Counted from the stretch's first letter, positions 12,496 to 23,309 are shown. The stretch: 64,000 bases of DNA from Candidatus Zhuqueibacterota bacterium (GCA_036351795.1 JAZBPW010000125.1:27171-91170), one strand, 5' to 3'. Numbers and translations: made by a program. Notes: generated from the letters alone by a model not told the origin.

Positions 12496-15114
12496 CTAAA
12501 ATTCATATCCTGCCGATAGATAAAACAGCTCTCTATCGTTAGCAGTCCGTCCATACGCCAGTGTGAGCGGACCCAGGAAGGTGTCTATGGAGAGAGCTGT
12601 TCCTATGGCATGCTGTATATCTTGAGGATTGATATCCGCGGCGTTTCCCCATGTCGCTCCAACATCATATCTCAGGCTCCAGAACACATCGAATGCAAAT
12701 CCAAAGGGAAAAAAGTACCTGTATTCAATACTGGATGAAAAAAGGTAGCGTCCGATATTTTCGTTATCGTGCAATCCATAGAAAGAAGTTAGTCCGCCCA
12801 TTCTGAATTGCTCCGAGTATGGAGTTGTCAGATCAGATATTCCCCAGGAAATTTTAGGATGTATCGTGTTGCGCCTCAGGAAGGTGTAATAGGATTCGAG
12901 CGAAGAGTAGAGCTTGAAAAATGATTGCTGGCTGTTGAAAAAACTGGCTGATGACACCTCGTAGAAAAACTTGTAGTATTTTCCATTGGCAGGAAAAGGA
13001 AACCTGTCTTGTGTGTCGATGATAGACTGAACGGCAAAGGTTTTCAATTCGAACTTCTCAGAGGGATATCCGTATCCGGACGTCCCTTTCAATTCAGTTG
13101 AAATGAGTCGAGCGATAAAAGAGAGATTGCCGAATCTTTGTATCTGCCGACCAAAAGAGGCTGATATTCCAGAAGATATATTTGAATAATTTCCAATTCG
13201 CTGTCCGTCATGATAGGTGTAATCCTTTATATTCCTGTAAAACATATCCAGTTGGAGCGACAGGTATGTCCGAAATATCCGGTCGGATCTGAATTGAAGT
13301 TTTGCGACGCGATCTCTAAGGCCGTAGCGGCCATGCAGACTCAAATTATTACCTGAACCCCGGATGTTTTCGTCGGCAATTTCCAGGAAAACGCTTCCTC
13401 TCCTTTCCGAATCATAGCGTGCGCTCATTCGCAAAAGGGAAAAGGGTTTTTCGAGTAACTTGATAATGACATCATAAGTGTTATTGATTTCCTGGATTTC
13501 AAAAGAGACATTGGTGAAGAAACCAGAGCTGTGAATATTTTGTATTCCTTCATTTGCCTGTTGAAGGTTGAAAATGTCTCCCCTTTTCAAAGGAAAATCT
13601 CTGAGAATCACATAATTCCTTGTTCTTTCATTTCCCTGCAAGACAATATTGGAAATGACCCCCTCGTTTATTTTTATCAACAGAGAATCTTTCCTTAACC
13701 GGATATCCTCTACACGCATCAGCGAATAGCCGCGTTCTCTGTATATGTTAATAATACTATCGACATCCCTCCTGCTTTGTTTATAGTGAATTGGAGTATT
13801 ATATCTGATTTTCATGGCACTGAGTATGACCGAATCCGGGATAACGGTATTCCCGATTATATCAACGGATTGAAATGAGGGATTCTCTTTCACAGATAGA
13901 TGGAGTATGTTCGAAGAATCAATGGTGGCATTAACATCTTCGAAAACGTCCAGTCGATGAATTTCTTCGAGCATTTCGTACACATCACGATAGCTCATCA
14001 CTTTATTGGCCAGAGAATCTGTTTTGGCTTCAATCAAAGGCCGTGTACTGTCGGAAGAGTTATGGATTTGGACTTTCTCTATTGTGAAAACAGTATAGGG
14101 AAGATCATATTTCAACAGATCTTTTATGGAATCGATCTTAGAAAGCGCAATCATTCTGCCCTGCTCTATCAGTTCGTCCATTTCCATGAAATTGTCAGAC
14201 TTCCGGTGTTCCATACCCAGAGTAATCAGCACATCTGCCTTTTCACGTTGATCCTTGAGTTTCTCTCTCTGCATGATCGATGTGACCTGATCCGCAATGA
14301 CCCATGGCGCCGTCAAGCGGTTTTTCTCATGCAGTTTGGATGTTGTGTCAAGGGCGATGACGATGTCGACACCACTTTCTTTTGCTTCATCTACCGGAAT
14401 GTTGTTGATGAGCCCCCCATCGACAAGCTGCATGTCATTCCGAACAACAGGCGAAAACAATAATGGAAAAGTAGCGGATGCCCGCATTGCTTCGGCGAGA
14501 TCCCCATCTTCGATGAGTACTTTTGATCCGCTAACCAGGTCGCAGGCAAGAGCGCGAAAAGGAACCTTTAAATCATCGAAATGATAAATGGGTTGATAGC
14601 CGGCCCGCCGGGTCAGATCTGTGAGAATCGATGATAATTTTTGACCCGCTGTGATAGATTGCGGAATGACTGGCTTAAGTCCCTGAAATCTTATCTGAAA
14701 GATCGGAATGTCGCTGTCCTCTTTCTGGCCGATGAACAGATTCTTTCTGGGAGGCGTGTCTTTGATGATATCATTCCAGTTGAGATCTTTGACAATTATT
14801 TCCATATCATGAGAGGAATAGCCGGCAGCGTATAGTCCACCGATAATGGCACCCATGCTGACACCGACGATGTGATCGATTGGAATGTTATTCTCTTCAA
14901 GCACCTGGAGAACACCAATTTGTGCAATCCCTCTGGCACCCCCGCCGCTCATTGCAAGTCCAACGCTTTTATGAGACAATGACCGGTGAGGATAAAAGCA
15001 GTGCGGCGGGCCGTCATTTCCGGAGTAGTTGAGCTCTATGAACTGGTCTGCAAAAACCGGCTTTAATAGAAAACAACATATATATATTAGAGTTAGCACA
15101 ATAATTTTCATCAT
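12496..15114 (-). CDS. Patatin-like phospholipase with POTRA domains and Omp85-type beta-barrel (PlpD / type Vd-like)
   Basis: Signal peptide; SGGGARG, GVSMG (GxSxG), DGG; POTRA-like segments (IIGNTVIPDSVI, LQGNERTRNYVILR); C-terminal YLSAGYEF. Confidence 0.88.
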   Translation of the reverse strand: MMKIIVLTLIYICCFLLKPVFADQFIELNYSGNDGPPHCFYPHRSLSHKSVGLAMSGGGARGIAQIGVLQVLEENNIPIDHIVGVSMGAIIGGLYAAGYSSHDMEIIVKDLNWNDIIKDTPPRKNLFIGQKEDSDIPIFQIRFQGLKPVIPQSITAGQKLSSILTDLTRRAGYQPIYHFDDLKVPFRALACDLVSGSKVLIEDGDLAEAMRASATFPLLFSPVVRNDMQLVDGGLINNIPVDEAKESGVDIVIALDTTSKLHEKNRLTAPWVIADQVTSIMQREKLKDQREKADVLITLGMEHRKSDNFMEMDELIEQGRMIALSKIDSIKDLLKYDLPYTVFTIEKVQIHNSSDSTRPLIEAKTDSLANKVMSYRDVYEMLEEIHRLDVFEDVNATIDSSNILHLSVKENPSFQSVDIIGNTVIPDSVILSAMKIRYNTPIHYKQSRRDVDSIINIYRERGYSLMRVEDIRLRKDSLLIKINEGVISNIVLQGNERTRNYVILRDFPLKRGDIFNLQQANEGIQNIHSSGFFTNVSFEIQEINNTYDVIIKLLEKPFSLLRMSARYDSERRGSVFLEIADENIRGSGNNLSLHGRYGLRDRVAKLQFRSDRIFRTYLSLQLDMFYRNIKDYTYHDGQRIGNYSNISSGISASFGRQIQRFGNLSFIARLISTELKGTSGYGYPSEKFELKTFAVQSIIDTQDRFPFPANGKYYKFFYEVSSASFFNSQQSFFKLYSSLESYYTFLRRNTIHPKISWGISDLTTPYSEQFRMGGLTSFYGLHDNENIGRYLFSSSIEYRYFFPFGFAFDVFWSLRYDVGATWGNAADINPQDIQHAIGTALSIDTFLGPLTLAYGRTANDRELFYLSAGYEF

Positions 15115-15164
15115 CGCTGAATATATTAAAATGAAAATAGAAAAGCAAGATGAAAAAATTGAAT

Positions 15165-15193
15165 TTGACTTTCATTAATTAATTTTGTATTAT
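15165..15193 (+). promoter_or_regulatory. Candidate sigma70 promoter for the bioY operon
   Basis: TTGACT (15165-15170)-N17-TATTAT (15188-15193). Confidence 0.6.
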
Positions 15194-15234
15194 AAAGGTT
15201 TATAATTTCTTAAGTATGGGCTGTCATATATCAA

Positions 15235-15798
15235 TTGAGAGCACGCAGTCACACTGTCATATTTGTCGGGCTGTTCGCAGCATTAACGGCGATTGGGGCA
15301 TATATCAGGATTCCGCTTCCTTATTATGTTCCCCTGACGCTTCAGACGTTTTTTGTTCTGATGGCCGCTAATCTCCTGGGGGGAAGAAGTGGTGCATTGA
15401 GTCAGCTGGTATACCTGTTGATTGGACTCGCTGGAATTCCGGTCTTTGCCCATGGCGGCGGACCGGGATATGTTGTTCAACCGACTTTCGGATATCTGCT
15501 AGGATATCCGATTGCTGCATATCTGAGTGGCAGATTGGTGACAAATGCCATTGCGAATGAAAAGCGATATATCTTTACCAGGGTATATTTGTCAAATGTG
15601 TTGGGCATTTTCCTGATTTTAGGCTCAGGAGCGTTATACCTTTTCATGAATATGCGTTTTCTCGTGGGTAAAAGTATTAACTTTGCGTCTGTATTCTGGT
15701 CTGGATTCATTGTATTTTTACCTGGAGAACTTTTAAAAATTTTACTGGTAACTATAATCGTCATGAAGTTGAATAGATATCGTACAACCATAGAGTGA
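15235..15798 (+). CDS. bioY: Biotin transporter S component BioY
   Basis: VPLTLQTFFV, YLLIGLAGIPVFAHGGGPGY..QPTFGYLLGY, FLPGELLKI; TTG start. Confidence 0.93.
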   Translation: MRARSHTVIFVGLFAALTAIGAYIRIPLPYYVPLTLQTFFVLMAANLLGGRSGALSQLVYLLIGLAGIPVFAHGGGPGYVVQPTFGYLLGYPIAAYLSGRLVTNAIANEKRYIFTRVYLSNVLGIFLILGSGALYLFMNMRFLVGKSINFASVFWSGFIVFLPGELLKILLVTIIVMKLNRYRTTIE

Positions 15799-16790
15799 GG
15801 GATGTTATGAACGAGTATGTTATCGGCGTAGACGGGGGTGGAACGAAGACCGAAGTGGCACTGGTGGATCGTCAGGGAAAGGTGATCGCCAAAATTCGTG
15901 GTGGCAGTACGAATCTGCAGGGCGTCGGCGCGGACAGGCTTAGATCTGAAATGCTGTCACTGTTCGACAAACTGACCCGGAAAACAAATGTGAGTCCTGA
16001 TAAAATAGGCGCGATTTATATGGGACTGGCAGGTGCGGGGAGGAAGAGTGATCAGGACACCATTTTGGCTCTGTTCAATAACACGGAGTATGAAGGCAAG
16101 ATTGTCGTGAACAGCGATGCCATCATTGCACTGGCAGGCGCTTTTGGGAATAAACCAGGGATTATTCTGATCGCTGGCACAGGATCCATCTGTTTTGGAA
16201 TGAGCGAAGAAGGGGATGTCGTAAGGTCCGGCGGATGGGGGTACATGCTTGGAGATGAGGGGAGCGGATATTTCATCGGCAGGGAGGCGATCATGGCTGC
16301 GCTAAAAGATCATGACGGCCGGGGTGAACAAACGATGTTGAAAGAAGAACTGGTCAGGAAACTGGACCTTAAAAGTATAGATCAGATTATTCCGCACATT
16401 TATCAGAATAAACTGGACCGTGTAGCTATCGCCAATCTGGCGCCACTGGTATTTGAGCTGGCGAAAAAGGACGATGATGTATCACAACAGATCGTAAAGA
16501 GAACCGGCAGTGAATTGGGCAGGATGGCTGGTGCGGTCGCCAGAAAGCTTAAATTCGAAAACAGCAAGATTCGTCTCGGATTGATTGGAAGTATATTCAA
16601 ACAGAAAGAAGTACTCACCAATGAAATCAGCAAAGAGTTGTACGAAATATCATGGGATATAGAAATATCAGATCCTGAATATGATCCGGCGATCGGCGCG
16701 GCCATTTTAGCGCTGGAGCAAATGGGGATTGATGTGAATGATCATATTCTGGATAATTTGAAAAATTCCGCCGGGATCGATAATAGTTAG
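15795..16790 (+). CDS. BadF/BcrAD-family sugar kinase (GlcNAc/MurNAc kinase-like)
   Basis: IGVDGGGTKT, GLAGAGR, NSDAIIAL, LIAGTGS, GGWGYMLGDEGSGYFIG. Confidence 0.85.
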   Translation: MRDVMNEYVIGVDGGGTKTEVALVDRQGKVIAKIRGGSTNLQGVGADRLRSEMLSLFDKLTRKTNVSPDKIGAIYMGLAGAGRKSDQDTILALFNNTEYEGKIVVNSDAIIALAGAFGNKPGIILIAGTGSICFGMSEEGDVVRSGGWGYMLGDEGSGYFIGREAIMAALKDHDGRGEQTMLKEELVRKLDLKSIDQIIPHIYQNKLDRVAIANLAPLVFELAKKDDDVSQQIVKRTGSELGRMAGAVARKLKFENSKIRLGLIGSIFKQKEVLTNEISKELYEISWDIEISDPEYDPAIGAAILALEQMGIDVNDHILDNLKNSAGIDNS

Positions 16791-16794
16791 AAAT

Positions 16795-17574
16795 ATGAGC
16801 ATGGACATGAACTGGGACAAAAGAGAGATAGAGGTTCAGCCCTACAGCAAGCTTGCCCTGATGTATGATAATGTAATGTCTCATGTCAATTACAAAGAGT
16901 GGTCGAGATTCATCAATGCGATCATTCGTAAATGGCATGCACCAACCAGGTCCATGCTCGATGTATCGTGCGGCAGTGGCAGTTTTCTGAAGAACATGAT
17001 GAGATCAGGCAATATCGAGCTATTCGGTTTCGACGGGTCCTATGAGATGGTGCAGCAGGCGAAAAAAAAGCTTGTGATGAAAACAGACAGTACTCCTGTA
17101 TGGCAGGGCGACATGGTCCAGTTCAGTATTAGAACTCCTGTTGACATTATTGTGAGCCTCTATGACAGCATCAATTATTTGATAGATGAAAAAGATATAG
17201 AGGCATTTCTGACATGCTGTCATCAAAACATACGCAATAATGGACTGCTTATTTTTGATATTTGCACGCGTAAAAATTCCATAGATCATTTCGATGATTA
17301 TTATGATACCGGTGGTGGCGCAGACTATGAGTACCGGAGAAAAAGTAAATTTGATAGAAAATTAAATCTGCATTATAATTATTTTAAACTGAATTTCAGG
17401 AAGTCTGATATGATATTCGCTGAAAATCATATTCAGAAGATATATTATATCCATGAAATATTGCAGCTGATTAGCCAATCCGGTTATGGGATCATCGCAA
17501 TCCTCGATGGGTTCTCTTTCAGGAATGCGTCTGAAGATTCATTCCGCGTACATTTTGTATTGAGGAAGGTTTAA
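16795..17574 (+). CDS. Class I SAM-dependent methyltransferase
   Basis: LDVSCGSG, FGFDGSYEMVQQA, QGDMV, DSINYL, GLLIFD. Confidence 0.85.
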   Translation: MSMDMNWDKREIEVQPYSKLALMYDNVMSHVNYKEWSRFINAIIRKWHAPTRSMLDVSCGSGSFLKNMMRSGNIELFGFDGSYEMVQQAKKKLVMKTDSTPVWQGDMVQFSIRTPVDIIVSLYDSINYLIDEKDIEAFLTCCHQNIRNNGLLIFDICTRKNSIDHFDDYYDTGGGADYEYRRKSKFDRKLNLHYNYFKLNFRKSDMIFAENHIQKIYYIHEILQLISQSGYGIIAILDGFSFRNASEDSFRVHFVLRKV

Positions 17575-18227
17575 TGGCTATCGTACAAATCAACAATGTG
17601 AGCTTTCGATATCCCAGTGGAGAAGGACTCTTCAGTGTGAATCTTAAAATCAATGCCGGCGATTTTATCTGTCTTATTGGTCCATCCGGTGCGGGGAAAA
17701 GTACGCTATTGAAACTCATATACATGGATATCATGCCCATGCGGGGACATGTGGTTTTTGAGAAGTACAATACAATGCACTTGAAGAAAAGTAAGATTCC
17801 TCTGCTGCGAAGACGGATCGGGATTGTGTTTCAGGATTTCAAACTTTTTAACGATCGCAGCGTTTACGACAACATTGCGTTTGTCCTGGAGGTCACCGGA
17901 ACGAAGAAGAACGATATCAAAAGAAAGGTGTTACGCGTACTGACCGAGGTTGGGCTGAATCATAAAAGAAGTAAAATACCACCTCAGCTTTCCGGGGGTG
18001 AGCAGCAACGGGTTGCCATCGCACGAGCTCTTGTAAACGATCCTGTCATTCTGCTGGCAGACGAGCCTACCGGTAACCTCGATCCGGAGGCTGCTGAGGA
18101 TATATTGCAATTGCTGGAGAAACTGAATATAAATGGAACCGCGGTTCTTATGGCGACACACAGTGAAAAATTGGCAAAGGGCGGAAATAAGAAAGTGGTC
18201 AACATAAATCACGGGAAGTTGATATAA
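17574..18227 (+). CDS. ftsE: Cell division ATP-binding protein FtsE
   Basis: [48 protein letters not shown]; followed by ftsX. Confidence 0.95.
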   Translation: MAIVQINNVSFRYPSGEGLFSVNLKINAGDFICLIGPSGAGKSTLLKLIYMDIMPMRGHVVFEKYNTMHLKKSKIPLLRRRIGIVFQDFKLFNDRSVYDNIAFVLEVTGTKKNDIKRKVLRVLTEVGLNHKRSKIPPQLSGGEQQRVAIARALVNDPVILLADEPTGNLDPEAAEDILQLLEKLNINGTAVLMATHSEKLAKGGNKKVVNINHGKLI

Positions 18228-19075
18228 TGCCGTATAGTTTGCGAGAAGGTCTGGCTGGTCTGGCCAGAGCCAAGTTCTCAACCTTTTTCACGATTTCAGT
18301 GATTTGCATGTCATTGATCGTGATTGGACTATATTGTATTTTCGTGTACAATGCCAGGACTCTGGTGAACCAGATTGAAGAACGTATTTCACTTGAAGCC
18401 TTTATCGATAACTCGTCCGATTCATTGAAGACAGTTGAGATCCGACGCCAGTTGCTATCTATACAGGGCGTGCGGGACGTGAAATATATTTCCAAAGAGG
18501 ATGCGGCGAATTTTTTTAAAGCCCAGTTTGATGAAAACATTTTTGATATACTGGATGAAAATCCTCTGCCCGCCTCATTTCAGGTGACTCTGGCGGATGA
18601 ATACAGGACGACGAACAATGTCAATATCATCGTGAGCTATATCAAAGGTATAGAGGGTATTGATGATGTGATTTACCGTCAGGATATACTTGGATTCATT
18701 GAAAGATATTTAAAGGCTATCTATATCGCAGTGCTGGTGACTGCTGCCCTGCTGGCGATAGGCTCTATCTTTCTGGTATCGAATACAATTAAGCTGATCA
18801 TCATGTCCCGAATTCAGATCATCAATACCATGAAACTCGTTGGAGCAACGCGTGGATTCATCAGACGCCCGTTCATTATTGAAGGATTGGTCCAGGGAAT
18901 AGTGGGATCACTCCTTGCTGTTATCGCGCTATATTTTACGATGAAATTGATAAATATTGAAATTGAAAATCTGATCACTGTTCCAAATGAAATTTATTTG
19001 ATTGTAGCAGGAACAGGAGTGTTTCTCGGTTTCATTGGAAGTGTGTTCGCAATTCGAAGATTTCTAAAATATTAA
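18227..19075 (+). CDS. ftsX: Cell division permease FtsX
   Basis: TM1, periplasmic domain with ISKEDA and ENPLPASF, MKLVGATRGFIRRPFIIEG. Confidence 0.95.
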   Translation: MPYSLREGLAGLARAKFSTFFTISVICMSLIVIGLYCIFVYNARTLVNQIEERISLEAFIDNSSDSLKTVEIRRQLLSIQGVRDVKYISKEDAANFFKAQFDENIFDILDENPLPASFQVTLADEYRTTNNVNIIVSYIKGIEGIDDVIYRQDILGFIERYLKAIYIAVLVTAALLAIGSIFLVSNTIKLIIMSRIQIINTMKLVGATRGFIRRPFIIEGLVQGIVGSLLAVIALYFTMKLINIEIENLITVPNEIYLIVAGTGVFLGFIGSVFAIRRFLKY

Positions 19076-19087
19076 GCTAAATTTCAC

Positions 19088-19116
19088 TTGACAAAAGATT
19101 TTAAATTTGTTATCTT
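19088..19116 (+). promoter_or_regulatory. sigma70 promoter for hrcA-grpE-dnaJ
   Basis: TTGACA (19088-19093)-N17-TATCTT (19111-19116), with TG at the extended -10 position. Confidence 0.7.
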
Positions 19117-19151
19117 CTTTTGTTATTGGTGTTTAGTACCCTTAAAATACG

Positions 19152-20186
19152 ATGTCTGAAGTATTATCGAAGAGAGAAATTGAAGTATTAGAATCCGTTA
19201 TCAAAACCTTTATCCAAAAGGCCAGGCCGGTTGGTTCAAGATTTGTTTCGAAAAACTACAATTATGAGATCAGCCCGGCGACGATACGCAATGTGATGAT
19301 GGATTTGGAGGAAAAGGGGTTTATCACTCAGCCTCATACTTCTGCAGGCAGGATTCCCACGGATAAAGGGTATCGCTACTATGTTGATGGGTTGATGGGA
19401 ATTGAGGACCTTTCATCAGGAGAAAAACAAGAAATTCAAAAAGATCTCAGACGGTTAAACAATACCGTGGAGAGTATTCTGGATAAATCCTGCAAGGGTC
19501 TCAGTAAAATATCGAATTTGATCGGAATTGTACTTTCCCCTCGATTCTATAGTGGAAAGCTGAAAAAAATAGATGTTGTCAAGATAAATGAAAATATTCT
19601 GATGGTGATTCTGTCCATCGAATCTGGTCTGGTTAAGACGATCACCATGGAATTGAAGCATCAGATAAAAAGTAATGTTCTGGAAGAGACTGTACGTGTT
19701 TTGAATGAGCGCTTGCACGACTTGACGCTTAAAGAGATCCAGGACACGATATCAAATCGCATGCGGGATATCTCTCTGGAAGACGAAGATCTTATTCAGC
19801 AGTTTGTGAATTCGGCGGATAAATTATTCGTCATCGAAAATGAGCATATCCACCTCGGTGGAACGAAAAATCTGATGAATCAGCCCGAGTTCACGGACAG
19901 GCAGAAATTGGAAACAATACTTGAGCTTATTGATGACCAGAAAGTGCTCATACATAAGCTCAATGACTACAACGACGATGATGATATTACCATAATGATT
20001 GGAAGTGAAAATCAGGAAGAGAAGATGAGAGAGTGCAGTCTTGTGACTGCGAAATACAAAATAGGCAGTGTTTACGGGACGCTTGGAGTTATTGGTCCCA
20101 CTAGGATGAATTACCCCAAGATGATCTCATTGGTCGATTATCTTGCGAAAGAGATTGGCAATACATTTGACCTGAATTACTCATGA
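19152..20186 (+). CDS. hrcA: Heat-inducible transcription repressor HrcA
   Basis: PVGSR, SPATIRNVMMDLEEKGFITQPHTSAGRIPTDKGYRYYVD, GVIGPTRMNY. Confidence 0.97.
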   Translation: MSEVLSKREIEVLESVIKTFIQKARPVGSRFVSKNYNYEISPATIRNVMMDLEEKGFITQPHTSAGRIPTDKGYRYYVDGLMGIEDLSSGEKQEIQKDLRRLNNTVESILDKSCKGLSKISNLIGIVLSPRFYSGKLKKIDVVKINENILMVILSIESGLVKTITMELKHQIKSNVLEETVRVLNERLHDLTLKEIQDTISNRMRDISLEDEDLIQQFVNSADKLFVIENEHIHLGGTKNLMNQPEFTDRQKLETILELIDDQKVLIHKLNDYNDDDDITIMIGSENQEEKMRECSLVTAKYKIGSVYGTLGVIGPTRMNYPKMISLVDYLAKEIGNTFDLNYS

Positions 20187-20207
20187 ACCGGGAGGTAATA
20201 TTCCAAG

Positions 20208-20744
20208 GTGAAGGAAACAGCATCGAGTGCTGGTAAGTCTAAAAAAACAGCGAAGAAAAAAACAACAAGAAAGAAAGATAGAACGTCAGCCGATAAGAAG
20301 GAATTGCAAAAGCTAAAAAAAGAGTATGAGGATTTAAAAGATCAGTATTTGAGGGTTTTGGCCGAGTTCGATAATTACAGAAAGAGAAGGGATAAAGATT
20401 TTATTGCTCTTCGAGAGAGTGCAAACGTTGCATTGATCGAAGAGTTGTTACCCATCATAGATGATTTTGACAGATCTTTTGAAACGATTCAGAAGAAGAG
20501 ATCTTATAAATCCTTTTTCGAAGGCACAAAGCTCATTTTTACGAAATTCAAAGCAGTATTGGAAAGACATGGGCTGGAGGCTCTTGAAGCCAAAGAAGAA
20601 ACCTTTGATCCTGAGCTGCATGAGGCGATCATGCAGGTGGAAAATAATGAGTATGACTCCAATACCGTGCTGGAAGAAATTCAAAAGGGATATAAAATAA
20701 AGGATAAAGTGATCCGTCATTCTAAAGTTGTCGTGAGTAAATAG
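20208..20744 (+). CDS. grpE: Nucleotide exchange factor GrpE
   Basis: YLRVLAEFDNYRKR, LLPIIDDFDR, FDPELHEA, QKGYKIKDKVIR; GTG start. Confidence 0.96.
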   Translation: MKETASSAGKSKKTAKKKTTRKKDRTSADKKELQKLKKEYEDLKDQYLRVLAEFDNYRKRRDKDFIALRESANVALIEELLPIIDDFDRSFETIQKKRSYKSFFEGTKLIFTKFKAVLERHGLEALEAKEETFDPELHEAIMQVENNEYDSNTVLEEIQKGYKIKDKVIRHSKVVVSK

Positions 20745-20771
20745 AATGGTTGTGCATTGTGAAGAGTATAA

Positions 20772-21917
20772 ATGATGAAAAGAGATTATTATGATGTATT
20801 GGGTATTTCAAGAGATGCCAGTGAAAATGAAGTCAAGAAAGCGTATAGAAAGTTAGCAATGCAATATCACCCTGATAAAAATCAGGGGAATAGTGAGGCT
20901 GAAGAAAAATTCAAAGAGGTCTCGGAAGCATATGAAGTATTAAAGGATTCGCAAAAGAGACAGCAGTACGACCGTTTTGGTCATTCGGGTTTAAAGGGAG
21001 GATTTGAAGGTTTTGGTGCCGGCGGATTCGAATTTGATTTGAGCGACGCGCTGCGCACCTTCATGTCAGATTTCGGTTTTGGTGATTTCTTTGGTGGTGG
21101 AGCCTCCAGGTCTGGTGGATCCCGCAAGAAGCGGGGTGGCGATCTTCAGCTGCGTCTCAAGTTATCTTTGGAAGAGATCGCAACAGGCGTAGAAAAGACA
21201 ATTAAGCTGAAACGTTTTGCCGTTTGTGATACGTGTGAAGGAAAAGGTTCCAAGCCGGGATCGACACCGGTATCCTGTCCATATTGCAAGGGCAGTGGTG
21301 AGATTAGAAATGTATCAAGATCGATTTTTGGTCAGTTTGTGAATGTGACAACATGTTCGCAATGCCAGGGGGAGGGGCAGATCATCAGCGATCCTTGTTC
21401 GACATGTGGAGGACAGGGAAGAAAAAAAGAGACCAGCACGCTGAAGGTCAAAATTCCCGCCGGTGTATCGACGGGTAATTATCTGACTTTGAGTGGAGAG
21501 GGACATGTAGGACCTCAAAATGGTCCGCGTGGAAATGCAATCGTCATTATGGAGGAGGCTGATCATCCTCTCTTTGAGCGGCATGGCGATGACATCATAT
21601 ATGATCTGTATCTCAGTTTCGCCCAGGCCGCTCTTGGCGATCAGTTGGAAGTACCCACTCTCAATGGAAAGGCGAAATTAACAGTCGCCCCCGGAACGCA
21701 AGCAGGAAAAATTTTGCGGATGAAGGGAAAGGGTATTCAACATCTGAATAGTCATTCGAAAGGGGATCAGCTGGTTCGGGTCATGGTTTGGACGCCAACC
21801 AAACTGTCTGATAAAGAAAAGCAACTTTTTAAGAAATTGTCTGAATTCGACAGTATCAAACCGCCTGAAGGAGACAAAACGTTTTTTAAAAAGATAAAGG
21901 ATGCTTTGTTCCAGTAA
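20772..21917 (+). CDS. dnaJ: Chaperone DnaJ
   Basis: J domain with HPD, G/F region, four CxxCxGxG zinc motifs, C-terminal domain. Confidence 0.98.
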   Translation: MMKRDYYDVLGISRDASENEVKKAYRKLAMQYHPDKNQGNSEAEEKFKEVSEAYEVLKDSQKRQQYDRFGHSGLKGGFEGFGAGGFEFDLSDALRTFMSDFGFGDFFGGGASRSGGSRKKRGGDLQLRLKLSLEEIATGVEKTIKLKRFAVCDTCEGKGSKPGSTPVSCPYCKGSGEIRNVSRSIFGQFVNVTTCSQCQGEGQIISDPCSTCGGQGRKKETSTLKVKIPAGVSTGNYLTLSGEGHVGPQNGPRGNAIVIMEEADHPLFERHGDDIIYDLYLSFAQAALGDQLEVPTLNGKAKLTVAPGTQAGKILRMKGKGIQHLNSHSKGDQLVRVMVWTPTKLSDKEKQLFKKLSEFDSIKPPEGDKTFFKKIKDALFQ

Positions 21918-22362
21918 AAATACGTTCTTTTCCAATAGCGAGAAGCTGGTCGTTGTCGCTTTGCTCGTTTTGCTTCTCACGGGATCAGGGGTCCATATTT
22001 ATAAGAACGTGTTAAGCGCCGGTACTGAGGATTTTCAGGCCAAGTCACGGCTTGACGCTTTTGAAAATGATATTCAGGCGGTCATTGCCAAAGATAGGGT
22101 GAAGAAGAAGATCCCTGAAAAAAAAGGGACAGAGAGGAAGAGAAAAACTTCAATAGTGAAGACAATATCGCTGGATTTGAATCAAGCGACAAAAGAAGAG
22201 TTTGAACAGTTACCGCATATCGGGCCGGTGATTGCGCAAAGGATCATAGACTACAGGAAAGATGTTGGCAGATTCAATTCAGTGGATGAATTGGTGAAGG
22301 TGAAGGGTATTGGTATCAAAACCCTGAACAAGGTGAGTCCATATTTAAAAATTGTTAATTAA
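21901..22362 (+). CDS. comEA: ComEA-family helix-hairpin-helix DNA-binding protein
   Basis: N-terminal TM segment; [29 protein letters not shown]...[14 protein letters not shown]. Overlaps the end of dnaJ by 17 nt. Confidence 0.85.
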   Translation: MLCSSKNTFFSNSEKLVVVALLVLLLTGSGVHIYKNVLSAGTEDFQAKSRLDAFENDIQAVIAKDRVKKKIPEKKGTERKRKTSIVKTISLDLNQATKEEFEQLPHIGPVIAQRIIDYRKDVGRFNSVDELVKVKGIGIKTLNKVSPYLKIVN

Positions 22363-22376
22363 ATTCTGGAGGGAAA

Positions 22377-23276
22377 ATGGCAAAGGAAAAGGCAAAAGGA
22401 TCAATTCTTTTAGAATTACTTATCGTGGTTCTTGCGCTTGCATTGATCGGTACAATCATGTATCCCAAAAATGTGTGGGAGACCACAGAAAAGGAGACGC
22501 TTCAGTGCCGTGAAAACATGGAGAAAATTCTGAAAACAGAATTAATCTACTTAAAGTATCACAACACATACCAGGACACACTCGAAAAAGTGATCTCTTT
22601 CATTAAAGAAGATACAACTGGTGGATTGGTTCTAGAATATCTTTATGCCGATTCTTCGCTTGCGGAAGAGGTGTTGGCGGAATTGACAGGGACTATCGAG
22701 GGCGCAGACAATAAAATTCAAAATTTCTGGGCGGATACGCTGCTCACTACTGTTTTGCAAATGTCACGGTTTGACACAAACCTCGCCCGTGTGACCTTAA
22801 AAAGGCTCGAATCAACGGATGCATGGAAAGACACCGTAAAAAACCACATGGTATCGGACAGTAGTGAAGTCTTTATACTCAACGAAGTGGCGCAGAAAAT
22901 TTCGGCCCGCGATATCGTGAATGTCCTTGAGAATGATGATTCCCTGAAAATTGTGATGCAGAGGATCGCTCCTGAACTGACCACCGGATCGCTCGTAGAC
23001 ACGCTGTACAATCAGAGTCCGGAGTGGGCCGATAAGATCAATGAGGCTGTCTATGAAAATTTTGATGCAATGGTGACCTGCCCAACAAATGGCGAGCCAT
23101 ACGCGGTCACAGTCGTTGATACATCAGTGATAAAGATACTGAATTTAGGCTGTCCGATCGATGAAGACGATTTAAAGGCTTCCAAGAGCAATTTTCTCAA
23201 ATATCATATCGGGCATCAACGTCTCGAAAATCATGGGGCCATCAAGAGCGGAGAGAAGAGCTGGATCAAGGAATAG
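22377..23276 (+). CDS. Type IV pilin-like protein (class III signal peptide)
   Basis: MAKEKAKG|SILLELLIVVLAL: G(-1) and E(+5) followed by a hydrophobic helix; C-terminal Cys pair CPT...GCP; adjacent to pilM. Confidence 0.65.
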   Translation: MAKEKAKGSILLELLIVVLALALIGTIMYPKNVWETTEKETLQCRENMEKILKTELIYLKYHNTYQDTLEKVISFIKEDTTGGLVLEYLYADSSLAEEVLAELTGTIEGADNKIQNFWADTLLTTVLQMSRFDTNLARVTLKRLESTDAWKDTVKNHMVSDSSEVFILNEVAQKISARDIVNVLENDDSLKIVMQRIAPELTTGSLVDTLYNQSPEWADKINEAVYENFDAMVTCPTNGEPYAVTVVDTSVIKILNLGCPIDEDDLKASKSNFLKYHIGHQRLENHGAIKSGEKSWIKE

Positions 23277-23309
23277 CAAGAACACGATAATCAGCAAAAG
23301 GACTTGTGC

